NCBI RefSeq assembly: GCF_963921235.1
Contig: NC_086097.1
Location: 150,104,001 to 150,168,000, forward strand
DNA: 64,000 nt
Reading direction: 5' to 3'
DNA from: Mobula hypostoma
Lineage: Eukaryota
In this document: positions 39,553-51,678 of the stretch, piece by piece
Position numbering within the stretch: the first letter of the stretch is position 1
How the letters are laid out: each line of letters begins with the position of its first letter
Position numbers and translations under genes: made by a program
The notes under the pieces: generated by a model
Seen by the model: only the letters and a program-made list of their open reading frames with translations
The model's database searches: none
Told to the model about the DNA's origin: nothing

Positions 39553-41304
39553 AACACGAGGAATTCTGCAGATGCTGGAAATTCAAGCAACACACATCAA
39601 AGTTGCTGGTGAATGCAGCAGGCCAGGCAGCATCTCTAGGAAGAGGTACAGTCGACATTTCGGGCCGAGACCCTTCGTCAGGACTAACTGAAGGAAGAGC
39701 TAGTAAGAGATCCAAAATGACAGGAGAAGACAGGATGGGGAGGGATGGAGCCAAGAGCTGGACAGGTGATTGGCAAAAGGGATATGAGAGGACCATGGGA
39801 CAGGAGGCCCAGGGAGAAGGAAAAGGGGGACGGGGGGAAAAACCCAGAGGATGAGCAAGGGGTATAGCGAGAGGGACAGAGGGAGAAAAAGGAGAGAGAG
39901 AGAAAGAATGTGTGTATATAAATAAATAACAGATGGGGTACGAGGGGGAGTGGGGCATTAGCGGAAGTTAGAGAAGTCAATGTTCATGCCATGAGGTTGG
40001 AGGCTACCCAGACGGAATATAAGGTGTTGTTCCTCCAACCTGAGTGTGGCTTCATCTTTACAGTAGAGGAGGCCGTGGATAAAAATGCCATCCCCTTCTC
40101 GCAATTCCTCCATCTCCGCCGCATCTGCTCTCAGGATGAGGCTTTTCATTCCAGGACGAGGGAGATATCCTCCTTCTTTAAAGAAAGGGGCTTCCCTTCC
40201 TCCACCATCAACTCTGCTCTCAAACGCATCTCCCCCATTTCACGCACATCTGCTCTCACTCCATCCTCCTGTCACCCCACGAGGAATAGTGTTCCCCTGG
40301 TCCTCACCTACCATCCCACCAGCCTCCGGATCCAACATATTATTCTCCGTAACTTCCGCCACCTCCAACAGGATCCCACCAGTAAGCACATCTTTCCCTC
40401 CCCGCCCCCGCTTTCTGCAGGGATCGCTCCCTACGCGACTCCCTTGTCCATTCGTCCTCCCCATCCCTCCCCACCCCTCCCCTCCCCTCCCCTCCCCACT
40501 GATCTCCCTCCTGGCACTTGTCCTTGTAAGCGGAACAAGTGCTACACATGCCCTTACACTTACTCCCTTGCCACCATTCAGGGCCCCAGACAGTCCTTCC
40601 AGGTGAGGCGACACTTCACCTGTGAGTCAGCTGGGGTGATATACTGCGTCCGGTGCTCCTGATGTGGCCTTCTATATACTGGCGAGACCCGACGCAGACT
40701 GGGAGATCGTTTCGCTGAACACCTACACTCTGTCTGCCAGAGAAAGCAGGATCTCCCAGTGGCCACACATTTTAATTCCACATCCCATTCCCATTCTGAT
40801 ATGTTTATCCACGGCCTCCTCTACTGTAAAGACGAAGCCACACTCAGGTTGGAGGAACAACACCTTATATTCCGTTTGGGTAGCCTCCAACCTGATAGCA
40901 TGAACATTGACTTCTCTAACTTCCGCTGGTGCCCCACCTCCCCCTCGTACCCCAGCCGTTATTTATTTATATACACACATTCTTTCTCTCTCTCTCCTTT
41001 TTCTCCCTCTGTCCCTCTGTCTATACCCCTTGCCCATCCTCTGGGTTTTCTCCCCCCCTCTCCCTTTTCCTTCTCCCTGGGCCTCCTGTCCCATGATCCT
41101 CTCATATCCCTTTTGCCAATCACCTGTCCAGCTCTTGGCTTCATCCTTCCCCCTCCTGTCTTCTCCTATCATTTTGGATCTCTTGCTAGCTCTTCCTTCG
41201 GTTAGTCCTGACGAAGGGTCTCGGCCCGAAACGTGGACTGTACCTCTTCCTAGAGATGCTACCTGGCCTGCTGTGTTCACCAGCAACGTTGGTGTGTGTT
41301 GCTT
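39553..41304. mobile_element. Penelope-like insertion with inverted structure (39553-40080 minus; 40081-41304 plus) and 15-bp TSD
   Basis: AIPFSQFLHLRRICS, Cys linker PCKRNKCYTC, GVIYCVRCS..LYTGET; flanks GGGTAGTGGAAAGTA (39538-39552) and GGGTCGTGGAAAGTA (41305-41319). Confidence 0.92.
39650..39685 (-). ncRNA. Minimal type I hammerhead ribozyme motif (helix III variant)
   Basis: Minus strand AGTC-CTGACGA-AGGGTCTCGGCCC-GAAA-TG-TC-GACT. Confidence 0.65.
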
Positions 41305-42157
41305 GGGTCGTGGAAAGTAGTAGGGGGAGGAGGGGGGAGGCTGGATTCCATGATATGCTGAGCGATACAATATATTAGTTAAAGTAACTGATAAAAGGAT
41401 TGGAGGAGAGGTGAAGAAAATCAGATTAATGCGGAGAGTGCCAGTAGGAGCCTAAACGTTCATCGGAGTTGGGTAGGGAGATGAAGTGGGGCAAAAAAAG
41501 CCTAATCAAGTCAGAAGAAAATAGTTCTCATTAAAAATAGTTCTGATTAAGGCAGTGTAATTATTTGAGATCATGGAGGTAGCCTTTGATGGAGTTTATA
41601 GTCAAAATTATTAACAAGTAAACTGAAGCCAAATTCTGGGAGTGGGGGTTGCATTTGAACAGATTATGAAGAAATAATGACAAGGAAAAAGAAGAAAAAA
41701 ATTGAGAGTAAGTAGATCAACTCTGTACCAACAAATAAGGGACTTTAACTCATGAGGGAAAGGAAGATGCTGAAGAACATGGTGGAAGAAAGATAAAACA
41801 GTGATCAGTGAAATTAGTTATCAGCAGTTTCAAAGGAAGAGCTCAGTGGAGTGAAATCACCTCCAAATACCCACTAAACAAAGACAAGATTTAAAGGGAT
41901 AGTCTCCTGGAGGGAGGAAAGTCAAAGAAGAAACAGTTGGGCAAAACTTTTACTTTTTTTCGTTGGAAGAACAGAAAGTTTCATCATTTTAGTTACTACT
42001 AGTGAAGCATGATACCTTTGTGTTTTTTAAGGAAAAAGAAGCAAATGACAAGAAACTTACTTTCCTTGATTTCTTTGCCCTTCTAAAATGTGGGAAACAA
42101 GATTCAGGTGAAAATCGTAAAGGATTCTGAAGTGGACTAATTCAAAACCACAATTAA

Positions 42158-42398
42158 GTTTGCATCATTTGGTACAAAAAGATTGAAGAGGGCAAAATTA
42201 TGTGAAGCTCATTAACTCTATTAGTTACTCAAACTTTCTGCAACCCTTTAAGATCCCACCCCTATATTCATTGACTAATCCCCTTGTGTTAAGACTGATA
42301 ACATTTAATCATCATGCAAATGTTGATTGTCTTCTGAGAAAACAACTCTGGCAGCAGTCTGTTGGTGTGGCTCCAGTACTATGCTCATTGATTAGCAT
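42158..42398 (+). promoter_or_regulatory. Putative foxh1 proximal promoter/5' region with octamer motifs
   Basis: Perfect ATGCAAAT at 42314-42321; GTTTGCAT at 42158-42165; ATTAGCAT at 42391-42398 next to Sox-like CATTG. Motif match only. Confidence 0.3.
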
Positions 42399-42834
42399 GA
42401 GAATGAGCTGGGAAGTTGAAGGATATGGGATGTTTCCAGCACCGTCTCCAGGAATAGACGAGGGTAATGTTCACCTACCGGAGCAAGACTGGGATAATGC
42501 AGCAGGTCCTTCTCTGCAACTGTGCTCTCCTGTTCAGAGTAATTCTTCAGCTCAAGTTCTGCACTTGCAAACTCTGATGGATGCTTCTAGGATGGAACAG
42601 ATCTCTGATGTTGCAACTGTTGATGTCAATGACAAGTTACAGATATCAAATCAGACACAAGATAAAATGGACCCTAACTCTGCAGAAGACTATGAAGAAA
42701 ATACAGGAAGTGGGTCTAAACAACGAGTGAAGAAAAAGAATTACCAAAGATACCCTAAACCACCTTATACTTATCTTGCTCTTATAACCATTGCAATCCT
42801 TAACTCTCCAGAGAAGAGACTGAAGTTATCCCAG
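42397..42834 (+). CDS. foxh1: Forkhead box H1 (FAST-1)-like, coding exon 1 (146 codons; start ATG 42397 or 42403)
   Basis: Ends [35 protein letters not shown], the FoxH1-specific start of the forkhead domain; phase-0 donor CAG|GTACTG at 42835. Confidence 0.9.
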
Positions 42835-42936
42835 GTACTGCTTTATATAACCATATTTCAGTCATTTTAAATGTTGAGGCAATCTGACTGGTTTCCAAAT
42901 ATAACAAACTGGTTAAGTGTACTTTATGTTTTACAG

Positions 42937-43041
42937 ATTCTCCATGAGATCAGTGTCATGTTTCCATTTTTCAAAGGGAATTACAAAGGCTGGAAAGATT
43001 CTGTCAGGCACAACTTGTCTCAAAATGACTGCTTTATCAAA
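42937..43041 (+). CDS. foxh1: Forkhead box H1-like, coding exon 2 (105 nt)
   Basis: Acceptor tgttttacag|; [35 protein letters not shown]; donor |GTAAGT; 102-nt intron 1. Intron positions match those I recall for vertebrate FOXH1. Confidence 0.93.
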
Positions 43042-44849
43042 GTAAGTCTGCTTCTATCTGTTGGTGGTAATTCCAACCATACTGTAAAACACACTGGAGG
43101 CCAGTGAGTAATTGAAAGGAATTTGTTTGTGTTTGTTCTTTGAGCACGGAACAGATTGGGAAGAGCTGGGCTTCATGTTGGTTGGAATTTTGTTTTTACT
43201 AGGAAAGATTTAACAGTGCCTATATGTGGCCTTTTGATTCTGAGACCACTGGAGGTGTGATTCTTTAAAAATCAGTGGAAAAGTCATGGAAAAATAATTA
43301 CTGTACATTTTTTAAGTGTTTGGTTGATGATTCTGGGACTGAATCGTTGGCAGTGAATGAACAAGGGGAGAATTTTGTGGTGCAGAGATGTGTAGAAGAA
43401 AGGGGTATATATTGCTTAGGAACCTCTGTAGCTGTTTAGAAAAATTACAATTGACTAGAGGAGAAACGTATACAAAAAATTTAGAAACTTAAATAACAAG
43501 AGGAATCTTCCACTCAGTGAATACAACATTCCTGCAGAATTTTTTTTGTTGTGGGAGGTAGAAGTTTCTGTGTTGTTTCATGAATTTCTTGGGTCTTGTT
43601 AATTTTTAAGTTGCCTGAAGCTTATTCAATAGATTTCATTGCATTGTGTAACATGCTATATGACTGAGTCTATATATATGTATTTTTAATTAAAAAAAGT
43701 TAGGAATTTACTGTTTAAATCATCAGCATCAGATTTATTATCACTAACATTATTCTGTGGCAGCAGTATATTGCAAAGACAAAAATTACAGAAGTAAACA
43801 ATGCAAAATGAAAGAAACAATGAGGTGGTATTCATGGACTAATAGTGGAGGGAAAGATAATCCTAAATTGTCTTCGGCCTCCTGTACTTCCTACCTGATG
43901 GCAGTAATAAGAAGTGGGCATGTACCAAATGGTGTATCTTTTTAGTGATGGATGCTGTCCTCCTTTCTGACTGTGTGAATGTGTTGGGCCCACGATAGAT
44001 CTTCAGAAGTGTTGATGCCCACAAACTTGAAGCTGATCCCTCTTTCCACCACTGACCTCTTAAGGACTTGTGTCTCAGTTTTCCTTCTGGGACTGCCATC
44101 TGTTTATTACATGAATACAGAGGTGTTCAGTCAGTAGTGAGGTTGTGGCATGCAATGCATGCTGGGATACTGAGTTTTGAACTGAGTTTTGAGCACAAAT
44201 GTTGCGGAACAATCATGTAGAAATGTAACATCTCAAACTAGTTTCAATGTGACAGTGAGGAGAGCTGTCTTGGAGAAAGATACCAGCTTAATTAAATTGT
44301 CAAACCTTGATCTTATGACAGATCTCCTTCAGGGCCTGCTGTCCTACCAACGTTAATCATTATCCTGGCCCTTTTCCTTCACCTAACCAATAAGTTCTGC
44401 AAACTCTGATGCTCTTAACACCTCCCCACCACCTCACTTCCCTTTCCACAGTCAACCTACTTTTCTTCACACATTCCATATAGAACAATGTTGTCTTTTG
44501 AGCTGCTGAATTTTGTGGAGATGAGAAAGGGTCTGGTGGCCGAGGACTGGTAGCCGAACATACACGGGCAATTTGATGCTCCAATTGGAGCATAAACCGC
44601 TTATCAAGAAAATGGATGACATGGGAGGTACTGCAGATGCTGGAAATCTGGAGCAGCACACATAATGAGCTGGAGGAGCTCAGCAGGACAAGCAGCATGG
44701 GAATAAACAGTCAACATTTCAAGCTGAGACCCCACCATCATACGCAGGCATCTTTTTTCTCTTTTTATTCCCCCCTTCACTCCGTACTGAGCAGGAGGTG
44801 TGCTTGAATATACGCCGGAGAGGTGCTGGAGGCAAGAACAGTTGCAACT

Positions 44850-44960
44850 TACTAACTTGTATGTCTTTGAAATGTGAAAGATAACCAGAGGACCTGGAGG
44901 AAACATATAGGAATGTGCAAACTCTGTACACATCGTGGCTGCAATCAATCCCTGGCCGCT
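44850..44960 (-). mobile_element. V-SINE (HE1-like) remnant
   Basis: ccagaggacctggaggaaac...gaatgtgcaaactc resembles the reverse complement of the V-SINE core domain. Confidence 0.6.
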
Positions 44961-45119
44961 GCAATCATAAAGTTGTATCTCTGTACTGTTCTGATTTCAA
45001 CAATGCTGAATTTTCCAGTGCTGTTTGGGCAACAAAAAGCAAAAAACAAAATTGTTTGTATAAAAACTGGGAAGAGAAGCAGAAATGTCAGCTGGCTGGC
45101 TCATTACTACAATCAGGGA

Positions 45120-45480
45120 GGAGGTACAAGATGAGAAGCATTGATTGTGTGGATAACCAGAGGCCTTTTCCCAGGGCTGAAATAGCTAACATGAGGGGAC
45201 CTAGTTTTAAGGTGCTTGGAAGTAGGTACCGAGGGGCTGTCAGGGGTAAGATTTTCACACAGAGTGGTGGGTGTGTGGAATGACCTGCTGGCGGCTGACA
45301 GTAGTAGAATTGGATTCAGTAGGGTCTTTCAGGAGCTTCTTGGATAGGTACATGGAGCTCAGGAAAATAGAGGGCTATGCGCTAGGGAAATTCTGATCTG
45401 TTTCTAGAGTAGTTTGCATGGTTGGCACAACATTGTGGGCCAAAAGGGCCTGTAATGTGCTGTAAATTTCTATGTTCTAT
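45120..45480 (+). mobile_element. CR1 3' fragment
   Basis: FPRAEIANMRGPSFKVLG..RGKIFTQ; TTCTATG tail. Confidence 0.8.
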
Positions 45481-45504
45481 GTACAGGAGTTTTAAAAACC
45501 CACT

Positions 45505-46389
45505 CAATGTCATCCCCTTCTCGCAATTCCTCTGTCTCCGCTGCATCTGCTCTCAGGATGAGGCTTTTCATTCCAGGACGAGGGAGATGTCCTTTTTTTA
45601 AAGAAACGGGCTTCCCTTCCTCTGCCATCAACCCTGCTCTCAAACTCATCTCCCCCATTTCAAGCACGTCTGCTCTCACTCCATCCTCCTGCCACCCCAC
45701 CAGGAATAGGGTTCCCCTGGTCCTCACCTATCACCCCACCAGCCTCTGGGTCCAACATATTATTCTCCGTAACTTCCGCCACCTCCAACGGGATCCCACA
45801 ACTAAGCATATCTTTCCCTCTTCCCCCCTCTCTGCTTTCCGCAGGGATCGCTCCCTACGCGACTCCCTTGTCCATACTTGCACCCCCCCCCCATCCCTCC
45901 CCACTGATCTCCCTCCTGGCACTTAGCCTTGTAGACGGAACAGGTGCTACACATGCCCTTACACTTCCTCCCTTACCACCATTCAGGGCCCCAGACAGTC
46001 CTTCCAGGTGAGGCAACACTTCACCTGTGAGTCGGCTGGGGTGATATACTGCGTCCGGTGCTCCCGATGTGGCCTTCTATATATTGGCGAGACCCGACGC
46101 AGACTGGGAGACCGCTTTGCTGAACACCTATGCTCTGTCCGCCAGAGAAAGCAGGATCTCCCAGTGGCCACACATTTTAATTCCACATCCCATTCCCATT
46201 CTGATATGTCTGTCCACGGCCTCCTCTACTGTAAAGATGAAGCCACACTCAGGTTGGAGGAACAACACCTTATATTCTGTCTGGGTAGCCTCCAACCTGA
46301 TGGCATGAACATTGACTTCTCAAACTTCCACTAATGCCCCACTTCCCCCTCATACCCCACCCGTTATATATTTATATACACACATTCTT

Positions 46390-46427
<38 letters not shown>

Positions 46428-46755
46428 TTTTCTCCCTCTGTCCCTCTCACTATACCCCTTGCCCATCCTCTGGATTTCCCCCCCCGGCTTGTCTTTCTCC
46501 CTGGGCCTCCTATCCCATGATCCTCTCATATCCCCTTTGCCAATCAACTGTCCAGCTCTTGGCTCCATCCCTCCCCCTCCTGTCTTCTCCTATCATTTTG
46601 GATCTCCCCCTCCCCCTCCCACTTGCAAATCTCTTACTAGCTCTTCTTTCAGTTAGTCCTGACGAAGGGTCTCGGCCCGAAACGTGGACTGTACCTCTTC
46701 CTGGAGATGCTGCCTGGCCTGCTGCGTTCACCGGCAACTTTGAGTTGTGTTGCTT
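45505..46755 (+). mobile_element. Penelope-like element with open GIY-YIG endonuclease domain
   Basis: 46008-46334: HFTCESAGVIYCVRCSRCGLLYIGETRRRLGDRFAEH...VATHF...LEEQHLIFCLGSLQPDGMN; (CT)n at about 46390-46425; hammerhead motif with a GUG triplet at 46655-46690. Confidence 0.93.
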
Positions 46756-47171
46756 CAATGTTTTAGGAACGGATTCTTCCCCTCTGCCATCAGATTTCTT
46801 CAAATGGAGTACTGCGCGGGGAGAACAGAAGTGTTCCCACGTAGGTCTGGTGAAGAATTTTAAAAAGCAGGAAGGTTTCAGCAGGAGTCTTTGATTGGAC
46901 TACTGCATAGATGCAACAGAAGCGTTCCTGTGCAGGTCCAGTTAAGAGCTTTTAAAAACCCGGTCTCTGTAAAAGAGAGGCACCAACTAGCGGTGTGTCT
47001 GTCATCAGTATAGTCTGAGTCATAGTAGTAAGGGTTTGGCTCAATAAGGCTTCAGTGAGAATAGGCAGAGGCAACGTAATTAGGTAAGTTCGTTCCTTAT
47101 TTCTTATTTTTTTCCTGAGTTAACTCGAGAGAATAGTGGGTATGTCTGAAGAGCCAGTGTTCTGTTCTGGG

Positions 47172-47270
47172 TGTCAGATGTCAGATGTCAGATGTCAGAT
47201 GTCAGATGTCAGATGTCAGATGTCAGATGTCAGATGTCAGATGTCAGATGTCAGATGTCAGATGTCAGAT
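47172..47270. repeat. (TGTCAGA)x14 perfect heptamer tandem repeat
   Basis: Directly visible; translates as repeated CQMSDVR. Confidence 0.97.
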
Positions 47271-47450
47271 TTCCAGATTTCCAGACTTCCAGCCCTGATT
47301 GCCACATCTCCACCAAGTGCATCGAAATGCAGCTCCTTGGAGACCGTGTTGCAGGTGTTGAAGCTACAGCTCGATGACCTTTGGCTTGTTAGGGAAAGTG
47401 AAGTGGTGATAGACACACCAGGGCTACAGGAGGCAGATTAATGGGTGACT

Positions 47451-47878
47451 CAAACACAAGGAAATCTGCAGATGCTGGAAATTTAAGCAACACACACACA
47501 CACAAAATGTTGGTGGAATGCAGCAGACCAGACTTTTTTTTTCTCTCTGTCCCTCTCACAATTGCTCCTTGCCTGCTCTCCATCTTCCTCTGGTGCTCCC
47601 CTCCCCCTTCCTCCCTAGGCCTCCCGTCCCATGATCCTCTCCCTTCTCCAGCCTTGTACCCCTTTTGCCAATGAACCTTCCAGCTCTTGGCTCTATCCCT
47701 CCCCCTCCTGTCTTCTCCTATCATTTCAGATCTCCCCCTTCCCCTTTCAAATCTCTTACTATCTCTGCTTTCAGTTAGTCCTGACGAAGGGTCTTGGCCC
47801 GAAACGTCGACTGTGCTTCTTCCTATGGATGCTGTCTGGCCTGCTGCGTTCCACCAGCATTTTGTGTGTGTTGCTTTG
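47451..47878. mobile_element. Inverted Penelope-like insertion with 10-bp TSD
   Basis: ATGGGTGACT at 47441-47450 and 47879-47888; minus-strand terminus followed by a plus-strand terminal fragment. Confidence 0.88.
47777..47812 (+). ncRNA. Minimal type I hammerhead ribozyme motif, intact core
   Basis: AGTC-CTGACGA-A-GGGTCTTGGCCC-GAAA-CG-TC^GACT: helix I AGTC/GACT, core CUGAnGA and GAAA, palindromic ACGT helix III, predicted cleavage after C47808. Confidence 0.8.
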
Positions 47879-50275
47879 ATGGGTGACTGTCAGGAGAGCG
47901 AAGGGAGAATGTCAGATAGTGGAAAGCCCCGTGTGACCATCCCCCTCAACAATAAGTTCTCCATTTTGAGTACTGTTTTGGGGGGGGGGGTGGAAGGGGG
48001 CAGAATCCTATCTGGGGGAGCCAACAGTGGCCATGCCTCTGGCACTGAGTCTGGCCCTGTGGTTCAGAACGGCAGATAACTGAAGGGAATGGCAGCAGTA
48101 ATGGAGGACTATAGTTAGGAGGAAAGACAGGTGATTCTGTGGATGCAAAAAGGAAACACGGATGGTAGTTATCTTCCCAGGTGCCAGGGTCTGCGGTGTT
48201 TCTGAATGCGTCCGCGATAACCTGAAAAGGGAGGGTGAACGGCCAGATGCTGCGGTACATATCGGCATCAATGACATGGGTAGAAAAAGGGAAGAGGTCC
48301 TGAAAACAGAATACTGGGATTTGGGAGGGAAGCTGAGAAGCAGGACCTCAAGGTTGGTAATCTGCCTGTGTCATACAACGTTGAGGATGGGGATAGACAG
48401 AGGGGGTAGATAGATGTGTGCCTGAAGAATAGGAGTGGGGTCAAGGATTCAGATTTATAGAACATAGAACAGTACAGGCCCTTCGGCCCACAATGTTGTG
48501 CTGACCCTTAATCCTTGCCTCCCATATAACCCCCCACCTTAAATTCCTCCGTAAACCTGTCTAGTAGTCTCTTAAATTTCTGGATCATTGGGACCACTTA
48601 TGGGGCAAATGTGACCTATACAAAAGGGATGGGCTGCATTTGAATCCAAGAGGGACCAATATTCTTGCGGGCAGGTTTACTAGAGCTGTGGGGAGTGGTT
48701 TAAACTAATATGGCAGGGGGATGGGAACCAGTATGATGGAGCTGAAAATGAACCAACAGGTTTACAAGTAGATGATGGATGTAATATGAATGTAAGGAAG
48801 GACAAGCCAATGATTGGGTACAAATGCAGACAGACCAAAGAGTTAAATTTGAGCATAGAGACAAAATTCCAAAAGAGCGAAGAATGCAGGACTGAAGGTG
48901 CTGTATTTAAATGCGCATAGCATTTGGAATAAGGTGGGTAAGCTTAGTAGCACAGTTAGAGAATGGTCCATATGTCGTTGTGGGCATCACAGTCGTGGCT
49001 GAAAGAAAGCCATAGTCGGGAGTGTTAACATCAAAGGATGTACTTTGTATAGAAAGGACAGGCAGGAAGGCATTGGCAGTGGTGTGGCTCTGTTGGTAAG
49101 AGATAGAATTACATCATTAGAAAGAGGTGACAGGGTCAGAGAATGTTGAATCTCTGAGGGTGGATTTAAGAAACTGCAAGGGTTTTTTAAAAAAAAAAGA
49201 AATACAATTATAGGATTCATATGGGCTTCCAAATAGAAACCAAGGTGTGGGTGAGGTTGAGATTGTAAAGGGAGCAGGAAAGGGCATGTAGTAAAGGTGA
49301 TGTCATAATAGTAATGGGGGACTTCAATATGCAAAGAGGTTGGGAAAATCAGGTTGGTGTCAGATTGCAAGAGGAAATTTGCTGAATGCACATGAAATGG
49401 CTTTTTAAGAGGAGCCTGTGCTCGACAATGGGAAAGGCTATATTAGTTTTGGTGTGGTGTAGTAACACAGATTTTATTAGCTTAATGTAAAGTAACCATT
49501 GGGAGGCAGTGATTCATACTGCAATTTGAGAGGGAGAAGCATCACACGTATCAGTATTGTAATGCAAGACAGAGCAGAGATTGAAGCTTTTGGGAAGATG
49601 TGGGTGGGGTTGAGATTGCAAAGGGAGCAGGATAGATATGTCCCACAGAGGAAGACGTTTTCAAATGGCAGGGATAGGCAACCATAAACTGACAAGGACT
49701 GCATAAAAGCCAAGGAAAGGAAGCAAAAGTGAGTGGGAAGTTGGATGATTAGGAAGCTTTTAAAATCCAACAAAAGGCAACTAAAAAAAGCTATAAGGGA
49801 AAAGATGAAATGAGGGAAAACTAACTGATGATATAACACAGGATACTTAAGACTTCCGTTATATAAAGAATAAAAGTGAGGGGTGAGTTGATATTGGACC
49901 ACTGGAAAATGATGCAGGTGAGGTAGTAATGGGGGACAAAGAAATGGCAGTTAAACTTAATGGGTACTTTGCATCTGTCTTCACTGTGGAAGACACTAGC
50001 AGTGTTTCAGAGGTCATGAGTAGCAGGAGTGAGTGCTATTGCTATTACAAAGGAAAAAGTGCTAGGCGAACTGAAAGGTCTTAAGGTGGATAAATCACCT
50101 GGATCAGATGGACTACATCCCAGAGTACTGAAAAGGATTGCTGAAGAGATGATGGGTGCATTGGTCATGTTTTTTTAAGAGTCACTTGATTCTGGTATGG
50201 TCCTGGGGTACTGGAAAATTGCAAATGTCACTCCATTCTAAGAAGGGAGGAAGACAAAAGAGGTACTTGTAGGCC

Positions 50276-50763
50276 TTGTATTCCGTCTGGGCAGCCTCCA
50301 ACCTGATGGCATGAACATTGACTTCTCTAACTTCCACTAATGCCCCACCTCACCCTCGTACCCCACCCGTTATTTATTTATATACACACATTCTCCCTCC
50401 CTCCCCCTCCCTCCCCGCCTCTGACTATACCCCTTGTCCATCCTCTGGGCTTCCCCCCTCCCCCTTTTCTTTCTCCCTGGGCCTCCTATCCCATGATCCT
50501 CTCATATCCCCTTTGCCAATCAACTGTCCAGCTCTTGGCTCCATTCCTCCCCCTCCTGTCTCTTATCATTTTGGATCTCCCCCTCCCCCTCCCACTTTCA
50601 AATCTCTTACTAGCTCTTCTTTCAGTTAGTCCTGATGAAAGGTCTCGGCCCAAAACGTCGACTGTACCTCTTCCTAGAGATGCTGCCTGGCCTGCTGCGT
50701 TCACCAGCAACTTTGATGTGTGTTGCTTGAAATTCCAGCATCTGCAGATTTCCTGGTGTTTGC
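50276..50763 (+). mobile_element. Penelope-like 3' fragment with 11-bp TSD, inside CR1
   Basis: ACTTGTAGGCC at 50265-50275 and 50764-50774; hammerhead motif with GAAA changed to AAAA at 50628-50663. Confidence 0.9.
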
Positions 50764-51454
50764 ACTTGTAGGCCATGAGCCTAACCTCAGTGGTTGGGAA
50801 AGTGTTGGAATCCATTAGTAAAGATGAGATTTCAGGGTACTTGGAGACTAATGATAAAACCAGTCAAAGTCAGCATAGTTTCTGTAAAGGGAAATTTTGC
50901 CTGGAAAAATCTGTTAGAATTCTTCGAGGAAGTAATTAGCTGGGAGGACAATAGATGTCATTTACTTAAATTTTCAGAAGGCATTTGATAAGGTGCCTCA
51001 CATGAGGCTGCTTAACACCATAGGATTTTATTTTGTTACAGGAAAGATATTGGCCCGAATAGAGGAATGGCTGGCAGTGAGTGTGAATAAAGGGGTCCTT
51101 TCCTGGTTGGCTGCTAGTAACTAGTGATGTTCCTCGGGAGTCAGTATTAGGACTGCTACTTTACACATTGTTTGTCAATGAATTAGATGGTTGAATTGAT
51201 GGCTTTGTGGCAAAATTTGCAGATGATATGAAGATAGGTGGAGGGGTAGTGCTGAGGAAGCAATGTGATTGCAACAGGACTTGGTCAAATTGGGGAAAAT
51301 GAGCAAAAAATGACAAATGGAATACAGTGTTGGGAAACGTATGATGCATTTTGGTAAAAGGACTATCTAAATGGGAGAAGATTCAAGCATCAGAGGGGCA
51401 AAGGGACTTGTGCAAGGTTGAGTCTGTGGTAAAGAAGGTAATTGAAATAAATGC

Positions 51455-51678
51455 AACACACATCAAAGTTGCTGGTGAATGCAGCAGGCCAGGCAGCATC
51501 TCTAGGAAGAGGTACAGTCTAGTATTAGCTCTTCCTTCAGTTAGTCCTGACGAAGGGTCTCGGCCTGAAACGTCGACTGTACCTCTTCCTAGAGATGCTG
51601 CCTGGCCTGCTGCGTTCACCAGCAACTTTGATGTGCGTTGCTTGAATTCCAGCATCTGCAGAATTCCTCGTGTTTGCG
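51455..51678. mobile_element. Short inverted Penelope-like insertion with 15-bp TSD
   Basis: AATTGAAATAAATGC at 51440-51454 and 51679-51693; inverted arms of about 65 bp. Confidence 0.9.
51543..51578 (+). ncRNA. Minimal type I hammerhead ribozyme motif, intact core
   Basis: AGTC-CTGACGA-AGGGTCTCGGCCT-GAAA-CG-TC^GACT. Confidence 0.75.

Noticed and set aside
39125..41370. Pro/Ser/Leu-rich and Gly/Arg/Glu-rich ORFs, including the recurring SPDEGSRPETS peptide
   Set aside because: Translations of the pyrimidine-rich PLE 3' region; the recurring peptide is the hammerhead motif read as codons.
42202..42396. N-terminal extension of FoxH1 shown in the ORF track
   Set aside because: Starts at a GTG; the first in-frame ATG is 42397.
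47172..47270. CRISPR-like array or coding repeat (CQMSDVR)n
   Set aside because: No spacers; a simple 7-bp tandem repeat inside a dead CR1 in eukaryotic DNA.
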